IMG/VR virus record: IMGVR_UViG_3300008267_000019
Span: 20,122-84,121 of that record
DNA: 64,000 nt
Strand: one strand, 5' to 3'
From: a virus
Numbering within the stretch: position 1 is the first letter of the stretch; every line of letters starts with the position of its first letter. The translations under genes were made by a program, and so were the position numbers. A model generated the notes under the pieces. That model was not told the origin of the DNA. It was given only the letters and a program-made list of their open reading frames with translations, and ran no database searches. Positions 1-10,600 of the stretch are shown in pieces.

Positions 1-2
1 AT

Positions 3-581
3 ACAGCAGCTCAAGTAAAAACTGCAGTAGCATCTAAAAGCTACAAATGGTTTGAAGGTAAAGATTTAATGTTAAATATTGTAGGAATACGTAATTCTTT
101 TACAGGTCAAAAAGTAACTAATTTATTTGACGATCATTTAACTTTAACTTATACAGTTAACGGTGTAGAACATTTTCATTGCTGGCCAGCTACTACAGAT
201 CCTGGAACTAAAGGTGTAATGCAGTATGGAAACAAAGCTGGTGTAGCTAGACTAGTAGAAGGACAGTACATCAACTCACACATCATGCGTTTACATGCAG
301 GTAAGTATGAAGCACTAGGACAAAACAAACCAGTTAAAGTATTCCGTGATCCAAACAAAGATATGGTATATGATGAAAAGTCAATACAAGAAGGATTATT
401 TGGAATCAATATTCACAAAGCTGGAGCAGATTCAACATTTGTAGAAAACTGGTCAGAAGGATGTCAGGTATTTAAGAAGTCTGCAGACTTTGAAGAGTTT
501 ATGGCAATATGTAGAAAAGCAAAAGCTATACACGAAAACAACTTTACATATACTTTAATCGAGTCAAACGACATTGTATGA
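3..581 (+). CDS. Putative peptidoglycan hydrolase/endolysin, YkuD-like L,D-peptidase fold (5' truncated by the window)
   Basis: The frame of ORF 69..581 is open back to position 3. It contains GINIH-x11-WSEGCQV, resembling the H...S.GC catalytic motif of L,D-transpeptidase-like enzymes. Confidence 0.6.
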   Translation, partial: TAAQVKTAVASKSYKWFEGKDLMLNIVGIRNSFTGQKVTNLFDDHLTLTYTVNGVEHFHCWPATTDPGTKGVMQYGNKAGVARLVEGQYINSHIMRLHAGKYEALGQNKPVKVFRDPNKDMVYDEKSIQEGLFGINIHKAGADSTFVENWSEGCQVFKKSADFEEFMAICRKAKAIHENNFTYTLIESNDIV

Positions 582-736
582 AATTTAGAAATAACTGGAA
601 ATCTAAAAATAGACAATGGGATAAACTAATGATAAGAATTAGAATTAGTTCTCTAGATATATTTACTGCAGAGTTAGATATATCTAGAGAGTTCTATCTT
701 ATTACTATTTTAAATTTAACTTTTAAAAATAGATAA
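578..736 (+). CDS. Small hypothetical protein, 52 aa (not in ORF track)
   Basis: ATG overlaps the upstream TGA (ATGA); reads MKFRNNWKSKNRQWDK...TFKNR*, filling the gap in a co-oriented operon. Confidence 0.6.
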   Translation: MKFRNNWKSKNRQWDKLMIRIRISSLDIFTAELDISREFYLITILNLTFKNR

Positions 737-738
737 TC

Positions 739-879
739 ATGGCTAAAATTAAAGAACAAGGATTGTCATTAAAAAGAGATACTAAAGTATCTAGACCAGG
801 CATCCATGCTAAGACTAAAACTTCTGTAAGTAAAAGCTCTAAAAATTATAGAAAAGCTTACAAAGGACAAGGAAGATAA
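739..879 (+). CDS. Small highly basic protein, 46 aa (not in ORF track)
   Basis: MAKIKEQGLSLKRDTKVSRPGIHAKTKTSVSKSSKNYRKAYKGQGR*; starts 2 nt after the previous stop. Confidence 0.7.
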   Translation: MAKIKEQGLSLKRDTKVSRPGIHAKTKTSVSKSSKNYRKAYKGQGR

Positions 880-894
880 TTAATAAAATAATCT

Positions 895-902
895 TATATT
901 TG
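895..902 (+). promoter_or_regulatory. Bacteroidota sigma-A -7 promoter element (TAnnTTTG)
   Basis: TATATTTG in the intergenic gap just upstream of ORF 908. Confidence 0.45.
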
Positions 903-907
903 CTATT

Positions 908-1618
908 ATGCTATCACTAGACGACTTACATGCTCAATTAGATGAAACACTGGCAATTAACTCAGTAGAATCATCTTACTCATATGAGTTCTATACAGAT
1001 CTTATAAATGAGCAAAGATCTCTTTGGCTACGTAATGAGTATAATAAAAACCGCAGCATAGATCCTTATATCATACAAAATCTAAATTGCGTAGAATTAG
1101 AACATGTAAATCCTATAGATTGCTGTATAGAAGTTCCAGGATTATGTCAAGTATTAAGAACAAAAAAGAAAATTCCTAATACTATAGAGTTTAACTTTAC
1201 AAAAGGAATAGTAGCTGTAGGCCCTGCAGAAATAACAAAACCAAGATATATTTTAATAGATTACTCTAGAGTTCCTTACGCAGGTAACGGACGTACTACT
1301 AAAAATTCTATATATGCATTTTTATATGGAGGATATTTGTATATCATTAGTAAAAATCCTAATGTAAATCTTTTACAATATATTACAATTAGAGGTTTAT
1401 TTGAAGACCCTACTAGTTTAGGAGAATTTATTAATTGTGAAACAGGAAATAGTTGTTGGAAACCTTCTGACCCTTATCCAATAAATCAATGGATGTGGGC
1501 ATATATTAAACCAATAGTAATTCAATATTTAATGCAGAAAGGAATGTTCCAATACGATGATGCAAATGATGCACAAGATAGCAGAATTAATCCTCCAAGT
1601 CAAGCAGGTACAGAATGA
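908..1618 (+). CDS. crAss-like tail ring/adaptor structural protein
   Basis: 236 aa; position ahead of the IHF-like, ring and muzzle genes; C-terminal RGLFEDP...YPI pattern typical of crAss ring proteins. Confidence 0.6.
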   Translation: MLSLDDLHAQLDETLAINSVESSYSYEFYTDLINEQRSLWLRNEYNKNRSIDPYIIQNLNCVELEHVNPIDCCIEVPGLCQVLRTKKKIPNTIEFNFTKGIVAVGPAEITKPRYILIDYSRVPYAGNGRTTKNSIYAFLYGGYLYIISKNPNVNLLQYITIRGLFEDPTSLGEFINCETGNSCWKPSDPYPINQWMWAYIKPIVIQYLMQKGMFQYDDANDAQDSRINPPSQAGTE

Positions 1619-2157
1619 TAGAAAACTCTACATATCTTAAAAGGGGCGAAGGCAAATTAAAAGGAGCTATTAAAAAAAATAGCTTTTATAATTATTATAT
1701 AAAAAATGCTAAAGAAACTATAGTATCTAGAAGCGTATATAATAATTTTTTAAAAGAATTACTTCAAGCTTTTAGTACAAGTATTGTAGAAATAGGGTTA
1801 GAGTTAAAGATTAATAAAATAGGAAAAATTAGAATTAAAAGTAATAATTTAAATATATTAAATAAAGAAGGTAAAGTTACTAAAGCTTTAAAAGTAAACT
1901 GGAAAGCTACTTGGGATTACTGGCAAAATAAATATCCAGGATTAACAAGACAAGAAATTACAGAATTGCCTGACAAAAGAGTTTTGTATCACGATAATGA
2001 GCATACTAATTACGAATTCTATTCTCATTATTGGGATAATTTAAGTATACCTTTAAAATTTAAAAGCTTTTATAGTTTTAAACCGTCTAGACAATATTCT
2101 AGATTAATTGCCAAAATAGTTAAAGACCCAAATAGAAAAACATTTTATTATGGATAA
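1615..2157 (+). CDS. IHF/HU-like DNA-binding protein of the crAss tail block
   Basis: Basic 180 aa; helix followed by LKINKIGKIRIK beta-arm and FKPSR, plus VNWKAT; syntenic with the crAss IHF-like gene. Confidence 0.6.
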   Translation: MIENSTYLKRGEGKLKGAIKKNSFYNYYIKNAKETIVSRSVYNNFLKELLQAFSTSIVEIGLELKINKIGKIRIKSNNLNILNKEGKVTKALKVNWKATWDYWQNKYPGLTRQEITELPDKRVLYHDNEHTNYEFYSHYWDNLSIPLKFKSFYSFKPSRQYSRLIAKIVKDPNRKTFYYG

Positions 2158-2443
2158 GTTAATGATGGCCGAAATGGCCGAAATGAAAAACCCAATCATG
2201 AACAACAAAGAGGTTGAATCAGAATGTAAAACTGTTAGAAAAGAATTTGCTGACGGAAGTTCTGAAGAAGTTCGTGTAGAAAAAGTTGATGGGGGATATA
2301 TCAAAACTGTATGTAAAAAATACAAAGATAAAGAAGGCTGTTGGCAATGGGATGAAGAAAAATCTGTTCACACAGAAGATCCTTTAGAAGATAAAACAAG
2401 TATAGTAGATAGACTGGCAGCAGTCATGAAAGGCTTAGAATAA
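2150..2443 (+). CDS. Hypothetical charged protein
   Basis: 97 aa ORF overlapping both neighbours in the operon. Confidence 0.6.
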   Translation: MDKLMMAEMAEMKNPIMNNKEVESECKTVRKEFADGSSEEVRVEKVDGGYIKTVCKKYKDKEGCWQWDEEKSVHTEDPLEDKTSIVDRLAAVMKGLE

Positions 2444-3276
2444 TGCACGCAGGAAAAACAGTTTCATATAAAGCAATCCTTGATAAAACTATCAGGGATT
2501 TTGGCTTTAATTATGATATAATCGAAGAAGAAGGTATTGAATGGTTAGCAGAGTTCATGGCTCACACCAATGTAGGCGTGACTATGGAGGAAAAAATTGC
2601 ATATATGGAAATATGTGATGCTCGCGGAGATCTTCCTTTTGATTTATATAAAATTGGCCAAGCAGCACATATTGAAGGAGTAGAAACTATTGAAGAAGCT
2701 ATGTGTGGTAAAGGACGTATGTTTCCAATGAGATGGAAAACAGATTACTTCCACAAACGCTACCATAGAGACGATAGAGATTATACAACAGAATCTAGAG
2801 AAACTTATACTGTAGGTCAAGGATATATTTTCCCAAGTTTTAATAGAGGCATTGTAGCAATGAGTTACACTGCTATACCAACAGACGATTGCGGATACCC
2901 TACTATTCCTGCAGAGCAAGAATGGTTAGAAGCAGGGGCTCATTATATTGCATATAAAATTGCTAGAAAACTGTGGTTAAGAAATGAATTAGCTTCAGAT
3001 AAGTTTCAAATTATAGAACGAGATAGAGATTGGTATTTTGCACAAGCAGTAAATCATGCTAAACAATGGAATGGTGTTGATGAAGCAGAAACAGTTAAAA
3101 ACTCTGTACTTAGAACTATTCCTGATGTACAAGCGCATGCAAGCTTCTTTGCTAATATGCAATTACCTGAACAACGTAAATTTAGACCTAAAGCAGGTGT
3201 AGGTTTAGTATCAACAATTAATGTATTAACTCACGGACAAAATCCAGCAACTGTAGTACCATCTAACACTCCATAA
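2443..3276 (+). CDS. Tail tubular/ring protein (P22 gp4-like class in crAss phages)
   Basis: 277 aa immediately before the stabilisation protein; Y.AIPTDD.GYP.IP and W.FAQA motifs. Confidence 0.7.
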   Translation: MHAGKTVSYKAILDKTIRDFGFNYDIIEEEGIEWLAEFMAHTNVGVTMEEKIAYMEICDARGDLPFDLYKIGQAAHIEGVETIEEAMCGKGRMFPMRWKTDYFHKRYHRDDRDYTTESRETYTVGQGYIFPSFNRGIVAMSYTAIPTDDCGYPTIPAEQEWLEAGAHYIAYKIARKLWLRNELASDKFQIIERDRDWYFAQAVNHAKQWNGVDEAETVKNSVLRTIPDVQAHASFFANMQLPEQRKFRPKAGVGLVSTINVLTHGQNPATVVPSNTP

Positions 3277-6200
3277 TGGAATCTCAAATAAATACATATC
3301 AGGGAATGAATAAAGATACTGCTTACGATACTATCGAAGCATCTCTTTATATTGACGCAAAAGATATTAGAATAACAACCACCAACGGAGAATCTATTGG
3401 TGGTTTTACTAATATTAAAGGAACAGAGTTTTCTTTTGCAATACCTTTAAGAGGCACATTTCCTAGTAACCCTGTACAAGTTTGGGTAGCAGACAATCCT
3501 GCAGTTATAGGATATACTACTATTAGAAATAAAATAATTTTATTTGTTGCTGATGATAGCAATGAAAAAGGTTGGATATATGAAGTACAATATGATCCTG
3601 CAACTAGGCAAGTACTATCAGGATTTCCATTATTAAAATATTATAATTCTCTTTTATATTTTAAAAAAGAATGGCCTATAGAAGCACTTGGTCGCTATGA
3701 ATCGGATACTATACAAAGAGTTTATTGGACAGATTATAATAATTATTTTAGAGCAATAAATTTAGAAGAAGCAGATTTAGCTAATCTTCCTGTAGGACAA
3801 ATAGATATTTTTCCAGATGTAACTTACACACAACCTTTATTAAAAACAATTTCAGGAGGAGGAGCTTTACTATCAGGGGAATATCAAATAAGTTACAGAT
3901 TAATTACAGTAGATGGCAAACAAACTTTAATAGCTCCTCCAAGTAATTTAATACATATAACATCTCCTTCAGAAACATTAATACAATCAGCGCAATATAC
4001 GGGAGATCTTGCTGCAGTCAATACAGGCAAAGCAATTAGTATAGAAGTTGACACAAGTAATTATGGAAATTTTGATAAAATAGAATTTATTGCAGTATAT
4101 CATTCTGCACAAAATTCTGTCCCTGTAGTTACTAGTATAGAACAGATGGGAATAGGTTCCGCTACTACAGTTACTTTTGTTTATACAGGAACTGAAGGAA
4201 CGGCTATACCTGTAGAGTTATTTACTTTTACTACTAAAAATTACGCATTCAAAACTCCTAAAACTATTACTCAAAAAGATAGTTCTTTAGTAATAGCTAA
4301 TATAAAAGGCTCTAATATTTCTGTACAAGATTTACTTACAACAGGAAGTTTTGATGCAAAAACTAGAAGATATAGAAACAATGGCGTAGACCCCATTGCT
4401 CCTCCATTTCCTCCAGGACCAGGTAATGATTTACTAAATGCATTTAACGAAGAGTATAATAAAGATGCACATTGGAGTAGAGATTGGAATATAAATTCTC
4501 AATATAGATATCAATCTGATGGAGCAAGACTAGGTGGCGAAGGACCTAATATTTCATATACGTTTCATTTAGAAACTTACACAATGGATGGTAGTGCTAC
4601 ACCAGGTTTTGCCAATGTAGCTAATATACCAGATTTTGTATATACTCACGATTTAAATGACGGTTATGGAACCTACGCTAACACTACTTTTCCTAATCAT
4701 GCTTCTCCATTTATATCAGGATTATTAAGAGGATACAAACGCGGTGAAACATATCGTTTTGGAATTGTGTTTTATACTATTAAAGGGGAAACTACTTTTG
4801 TTGAATATATAGGTGATATTAAATTTCCAGATATTTCTGAGGAAGATTCTGTAAATAATTCTTCTACTACTAAATTTTGGCCTTTATCTCAAACAGGTAC
4901 TCCTTCTACAGTAACCCTAGGTTATTCTATGGGTATACAATTTAGTATAGATTTAAGTTCTTGTCCAGAGTTGTTAAACCAAATTACAGGTTATCAAATA
5001 GTAAGAGTAGAAAGAACAGAAGCTGATAAACGACGATTAACTCAAGGTATTTATAAAGGATTTTATTTTAATAGAGTATTAGCTCCAAACCGTTCATTTA
5101 ATTTTGATTTACAAATAGAAAATCAAGAAGAAGTTTTACACCTTTACCCTTACTACCCAGATACTTTAGAAGACAATGGATGTTTTTCAACTTTAGGGGG
5201 AACAGGTTATATTCCGCAATATTTGCAATATATTATAAAAGGAGAATATTTAGGATTTTATAGCCCAGAAATTTCTTATGATTATAATAATGTTAGAGAT
5301 ATAGCAAGAAACTTAGGAAGTAATCCTTGTTTACTTTTAACAGGAGCATATGGAGTTAAAGATAAAAATTCTCCTAGCCCAATTGATTTAAACTCTATAG
5401 ATTTAGGAATAAAAGATTATGATTATAGAGTCACTTTAAGATCTACATTACCTGTAACATTTAATAGTATTAACAATATTAAAAAATGGAAATTTATTAA
5501 TCTATTTACAATGGAAGATACTAGTGACTACAAAACAAAAGTCACTGGAGATTTAGATGGATATTACATGCGTAATTATTGGTGTTTAGATAATTGGTAT
5601 TATAAAGGACTTCCTGGCCCAGGTATAGATCCTAATGATCCTTCTAATGGAGTAAACTACGCTAGTACTTCTTATGATCTTGCAGAATTTTATAAAGCAG
5701 GTACAAGTTTAGTAGGAAAAATAGATTTAATACAAAATGATCTTTTAACGGGAGCTCCTTTGCCTTTAAATTCTATAGCATTAACTTCTTATTTTTGGAC
5801 TCCATTTAATGGTAATGATCCTAACGGAAATCCTAAAATATTAATTAGAAATATAAGCACAGGAGCAAGTATAAACGCTACTGATACTAATACTTATAAC
5901 AATGCTTACCCTATACTAGATTTTTTAATTCCCAAAAAAGAAGTTTATGGAGGATCTTCTCAAGATGCTCTAGAAGCTAATATATTTATTCCTGCGTCTC
6001 CATTTATAAGTTCAAGTAATTTAGTTGGATTAACAGATACATTTATTGTATTTGGTGGAGATATATTTATTAATATGTTTACTCTTCAACCTGGTATGAC
6101 AGAATTTAATGAAGAGTTTTATCAAAATAATATTGCATTTAATAATCTTAGATATATACAAAATAATAGTGTTACCGAAGTTTATCCTGTTGAGACTAGT

Positions 6201-7685
6201 ATAAACATAGATTTAGCAGCAGGTTCTACAATTAAAACAGAAGTTAAATATGATTACAACGGCAATGAATATACATTATTTAGACAAGAATTAAATAATA
6301 GTTTTATAGGATATGCACAGAGTAATACAATGTATAGTTACAACACAGTATATTCTAGAGAAAGTAAAGATGTTACATTTTTTATAGAACCTGCAGGAAG
6401 TAACGGCAGTTCTAATTTAAATGATATTAGAGCATATTTATCTAATGTAAAAATTAACGGAGAAACTATAGATTCCTGGACAAAGTTTGGATCAAATAAT
6501 TATTATGATGTTGATGATTATGGACCTATAAATAAAATATTAAACTATAAAGATTCCGTATTTTTTATTCAAGATAAAGCTGTAGGTATTTATGCCATAA
6601 ACAGAGCCGCTATTACTACTACTGCTGACGGAGTTCCTACACAATTAGGTCTTGGTCAAGGATTTGGGAAACATCAATATTATTCTAAAGAAAATGGTAG
6701 TATACATCAATATGGAGTAAAAGTTGCCCCAGAAGGAGTTTACTTTTTAGATGCAATTCATAGAAAAATATTTTTACTTCAAAGCTCTGGAACTCAAAGT
6801 CAAAATGATCCTATATCAGAACTTAAAGGAATGCATAGTTATATACAAGCATTACCTAATGGAGTATTCTTACGCAAAGAAGATGGAGGAGATAATCCTA
6901 TTTTAAAACGCGGAATTACTATAGGAAAAGATAAAATAAATGATGAAATTTTATTTACTTTTTTAGGAACAGGAGACTTTGTAGTATTAGGTCCTAATAC
7001 AACTTATACTGTAGGCACAATTGTATATGAGCCTGCTAGTGGATTATATTATATAGTAACTTCAGAATTTACATCAGGAGAAACTAAACTACAGGCTATA
7101 AGAGATTTATTAGAAAACTCTCAAGTAGCAACAGAAAAAGATAATTTTAGAGATGCAACTCTTGTATTTGACGTTTTAATGAATTCTTTTTCTTCTACGT
7201 ATTCAGCAAAGCCAACTATTTATATAGAAAACGGAGATATAATTCAGAGTCCTGATCCAAATAATAACAATCTTATATATACTCATAATATAGGAACTTA
7301 TGGAGAATTTTATGGTAATGTAGAAGAATGTTATTTAACTCTTGTAATTAATCCTCAAGCAGATATAAATAAAATTCTTAGAACTTTAGAATTTAATTCT
7401 ATAGTAAGAGATGATAATAAAGTAATAGATAGAACAGAAACTATTACTGCATTTCAAATTACTACTGAATATCAAGATACAGGTAAAGTGCCTTATAGCT
7501 CTGGAAGAATTAAAAGAAAGTTTGATAAATGGCGTGTAAAAATTCCTAGAAATCAATTAAGTATTTCACAACAAGATCGTTTGAGAAGTACTCATTTTGT
7601 TTTAACTTTATATTTTGATAATTTAAATCAAAAACAAATTATAGTAAATAGATTAATTTCTTATGTAGACTATCAAATGTTCTAA
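3276..7685 (+). CDS. Tail stabilisation/muzzle protein (P22 gp10-like)
   Basis: 1469 aa; GMNKD N-terminus, VYWTD.NN, GYKRGETYRFGIVFY, GGDIFI, NGE.IDSWT.F, YG.INKI and KFDKWR motifs characteristic of the crAss muzzle protein. Confidence 0.8.
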   Translation: MESQINTYQGMNKDTAYDTIEASLYIDAKDIRITTTNGESIGGFTNIKGTEFSFAIPLRGTFPSNPVQVWVADNPAVIGYTTIRNKIILFVADDSNEKGWIYEVQYDPATRQVLSGFPLLKYYNSLLYFKKEWPIEALGRYESDTIQRVYWTDYNNYFRAINLEEADLANLPVGQIDIFPDVTYTQPLLKTISGGGALLSGEYQISYRLITVDGKQTLIAPPSNLIHITSPSETLIQSAQYTGDLAAVNTGKAISIEVDTSNYGNFDKIEFIAVYHSAQNSVPVVTSIEQMGIGSATTVTFVYTGTEGTAIPVELFTFTTKNYAFKTPKTITQKDSSLVIANIKGSNISVQDLLTTGSFDAKTRRYRNNGVDPIAPPFPPGPGNDLLNAFNEEYNKDAHWSRDWNINSQYRYQSDGARLGGEGPNISYTFHLETYTMDGSATPGFANVANIPDFVYTHDLNDGYGTYANTTFPNHASPFISGLLRGYKRGETYRFGIVFYTIKGETTFVEYIGDIKFPDISEEDSVNNSSTTKFWPLSQTGTPSTVTLGYSMGIQFSIDLSSCPELLNQITGYQIVRVERTEADKRRLTQGIYKGFYFNRVLAPNRSFNFDLQIENQEEVLHLYPYYPDTLEDNGCFSTLGGTGYIPQYLQYIIKGEYLGFYSPEISYDYNNVRDIARNLGSNPCLLLTGAYGVKDKNSPSPIDLNSIDLGIKDYDYRVTLRSTLPVTFNSINNIKKWKFINLFTMEDTSDYKTKVTGDLDGYYMRNYWCLDNWYYKGLPGPGIDPNDPSNGVNYASTSYDLAEFYKAGTSLVGKIDLIQNDLLTGAPLPLNSIALTSYFWTPFNGNDPNGNPKILIRNISTGASINATDTNTYNNAYPILDFLIPKKEVYGGSSQDALEANIFIPASPFISSSNLVGLTDTFIVFGGDIFINMFTLQPGMTEFNEEFYQNNIAFNNLRYIQNNSVTEVYPVETSINIDLAAGSTIKTEVKYDYNGNEYTLFRQELNNSFIGYAQSNTMYSYNTVYSRESKDVTFFIEPAGSNGSSNLNDIRAYLSNVKINGETIDSWTKFGSNNYYDVDDYGPINKILNYKDSVFFIQDKAVGIYAINRAAITTTADGVPTQLGLGQGFGKHQYYSKENGSIHQYGVKVAPEGVYFLDAIHRKIFLLQSSGTQSQNDPISELKGMHSYIQALPNGVFLRKEDGGDNPILKRGITIGKDKINDEILFTFLGTGDFVVLGPNTTYTVGTIVYEPASGLYYIVTSEFTSGETKLQAIRDLLENSQVATEKDNFRDATLVFDVLMNSFSSTYSAKPTIYIENGDIIQSPDPNNNNLIYTHNIGTYGEFYGNVEECYLTLVINPQADINKILRTLEFNSIVRDDNKVIDRTETITAFQITTEYQDTGKVPYSSGRIKRKFDKWRVKIPRNQLSISQQDRLRSTHFVLTLYFDNLNQKQIIVNRLISYVDYQMF

Positions 7686-10600
7686 TGAAAAATAAACCTA
7701 AAAATATACCTACTTACTACAAGTTTCCTGGAACTCCAGTCTATAGAGATACTACAGCTTTACCTTTTAAAGCTGGTGGTAGTTTGTTTCCATCTTTATA
7801 TGGAAATTCTTTTTTAGAAAATAATGATAAAGAAAAAAAGAAAAAAAGAAAAACAAAAGAAGATTTAAATGAATCATCTACACAAGGTGATATAGTAGAA
7901 GCTATAGAAACAGAAACAGGACTTGATCCAAATCTTACATATTATAAAGGACCAACAAACTGGGGTGATAGATTATTTGCAAAAGATGCATCAGGTGCTT
8001 GGTATTCAATAGAAGCAGGTCAAGCATTACCTTTTTCTTATGATCCTGATTACTTAAATCAAAATACTACAAAAGCAAGTGATGAAGAAGCATTAGGAAG
8101 ACTGCTTCAATCAAAAACACTTAATGAAGTAGCTGTAACTGGAGAAAAACTTTCTTGGCAAAAGTATCAAGATGAATATGAAAAATCTAATCCTAGAGGA
8201 GAATATTTAGAAAAAAGAAAAAAGAATTATTTAAAATCACATCCTGGATTAAACAGAGCAATGGGAGTTACTATGAATAATTTCCCAGAAGATGCTCTTG
8301 CAAGATTTAATGACAAGTATAATAAAGAAAGAAATACTTATGCACTTGAAAAATTTGTAGATAAAGATTTAGAAGAAGATATAGACAAAAGAGGACGATG
8401 GATAGATGATGTAGAAAAAAGTCCAGGACTTTATAATATGGTTATTAACTCTAAATATGGATATAATTTAAAACCAAATATATTTTCAAGAACGCTTGCA
8501 GGCGCAGAAAAATTAGTAGACTGGATACCAGGAGTAGATCCTCTTTTAGATTGGGCTACAGGTAAAAATAGATATAATGACATTCTTACTGAACAAGAAC
8601 AAAAAGATGTAACAGGATGGGATGCTTTAGCATTTACAGAATATCCTGGTCAAGTTTTAGCTAATATGATAGCAGAAGGAATAGATCCTAATTCAAATGC
8701 TTCTTGGGAAACATTTTCAGGAAGTTCTTCTCCAATTGTTACAGCAAATCCTCAATTAGAAACAATGACCCAATTAGCAACGGGAGCAATTGGTTTACCA
8801 TTTAATGTAATGGGAATGGCTAATTTAGCTAAAAATGTAGGAAAAGGAGTTTCTAATGTAGCTAAAGCTAATTATTATGATCTTTTTAAAAAAGGAAATA
8901 ATTCTTTTAATGATATTAATTTTCAAAATTTTAAAACTGCCGAAAATACAGCAGGAGAATTAGCACAAGGAGTAAATACAATAGATAATACAGGGGCAAC
9001 TGCATCATTAAATACTGGACAAAATGCTACAGGAGCAAATAAAATATTAACAAATGAAGAAATTAAAAACATAATAGTAAACGAACAAGTACCTAGTCCA
9101 AAAACATTATTATCAACTGAAGGAGAAATACTTCCTGAGTCTGCTTCATGGCATACTATAATGGAAGATTTTAAAACAAAATTACGCGAAGTAGATCTTA
9201 CAAAACCTTTAACAGATGAAGATTATATTAAAGCTGCTAATGCAATTAATCCTGAAATAAGTAAAGTAGCAAGTTTAGATGAAATTAAAGCTGTACATCA
9301 AGAAGCTCTTGATTATTTTAAAGGAGAAAAAGATCCTGAAGATATAGCATTATATATAAGAGATGCATTAGCAGAAAAATTACCATCAATAGGAGAAGCT
9401 CCTACTATGGTTGACGGGTATCCAACATATTCTGCAGGATTTTCAGTAAGTCGTTCTTTAGATCCTAATGCTGCTCAATATTATGGACCAAAAAGTGTTT
9501 TTGATAAAGCAAAGGACTGGGGATATGATTTAAATAATCTAACTCCTAAGCAACAAAATATGTTAGCTGCTTATACAAAAGGATATGATTTTCCTATAAA
9601 TATTGGTAAAAGATTTGGATTTCAAGATATGGGTATTAGAGGAGATTTTTATCAAAAAAATGCTAATACATTACTTGACGCTATTCTTGCTAATAAATTT
9701 CCTAATGACACCTCAGTAATAAGAAGTATAAAAACAAATTATCCGCTTACTTTATTAGATAAAAATAAATTATTAGAAACAAAGGATATATCATTATCAG
9801 AAACACCAAGTACTAAATATAGAGGAAACCTTCAAAAAAGTGATGTAATAGGAGATAAAGGATTTTTATCTACTAGTTTAATTCCAGATTTAACATGGGG
9901 TAAAGCTAGATTAGGAGAAAGAATTATGATTCCAGGAGGAAATAAACAATCTTATGGTTTTCCTAATGCATCTTCAGCAAGTTCTTCTCCTTTTGAAGGA
10001 GAAATAGTGTTGCCATCTGGTTTAGGAAGAGAAGTTATTGACGTATTACCTGATAATCTAGCAAATGTTGTCGGTTATAAATATATAACAAAAATATTAA
10101 ATCCATATTTAATGCCTGCAGCAATAGGAACAACTGCTACTGGAACTTTTTTTGGAAATAATAATAATAATTATGGAGCTTCTTTTGATACTCCTAATAT
10201 GCAAGAATATTTGAATTCTTTAATGTGGGATTCTGGAAAATCTGTATTATTAAATTCAGGTTATTTTAAAGCATACGGAGGCCCATTAAATGATAGAAAC
10301 ATTAATGGCAAATTATTGCAAAGTACTTACGCTAGTCCTTTAGGAAACATGTTTAGAGAAGGAGGACCTTTTGGTGAAGATAAAGGAACCTTTGATTATG
10401 CTACTAGTATTTATGCTTCTCAACCAGGTAATTATTATAATAATGGCGGGGAAATAAATCCAATGAATGCAATGATGAAAGCAAGACTTGCTTATGCAAA
10501 TGAGTTTGGTAATCCTGCAGCAAAAAGAATGGTAAATTTACCTGATAATCCTTATATTTTTACAGGACAAGAGCCTTATACAACTCCAGATATGGCAGGT

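Noticed and set aside
2165-2185. ATGGCCGAA tandem duplication
   Set aside because: A two-copy in-frame 9-nt repeat (MAEMAEM) with no evidence of phase variation or function.
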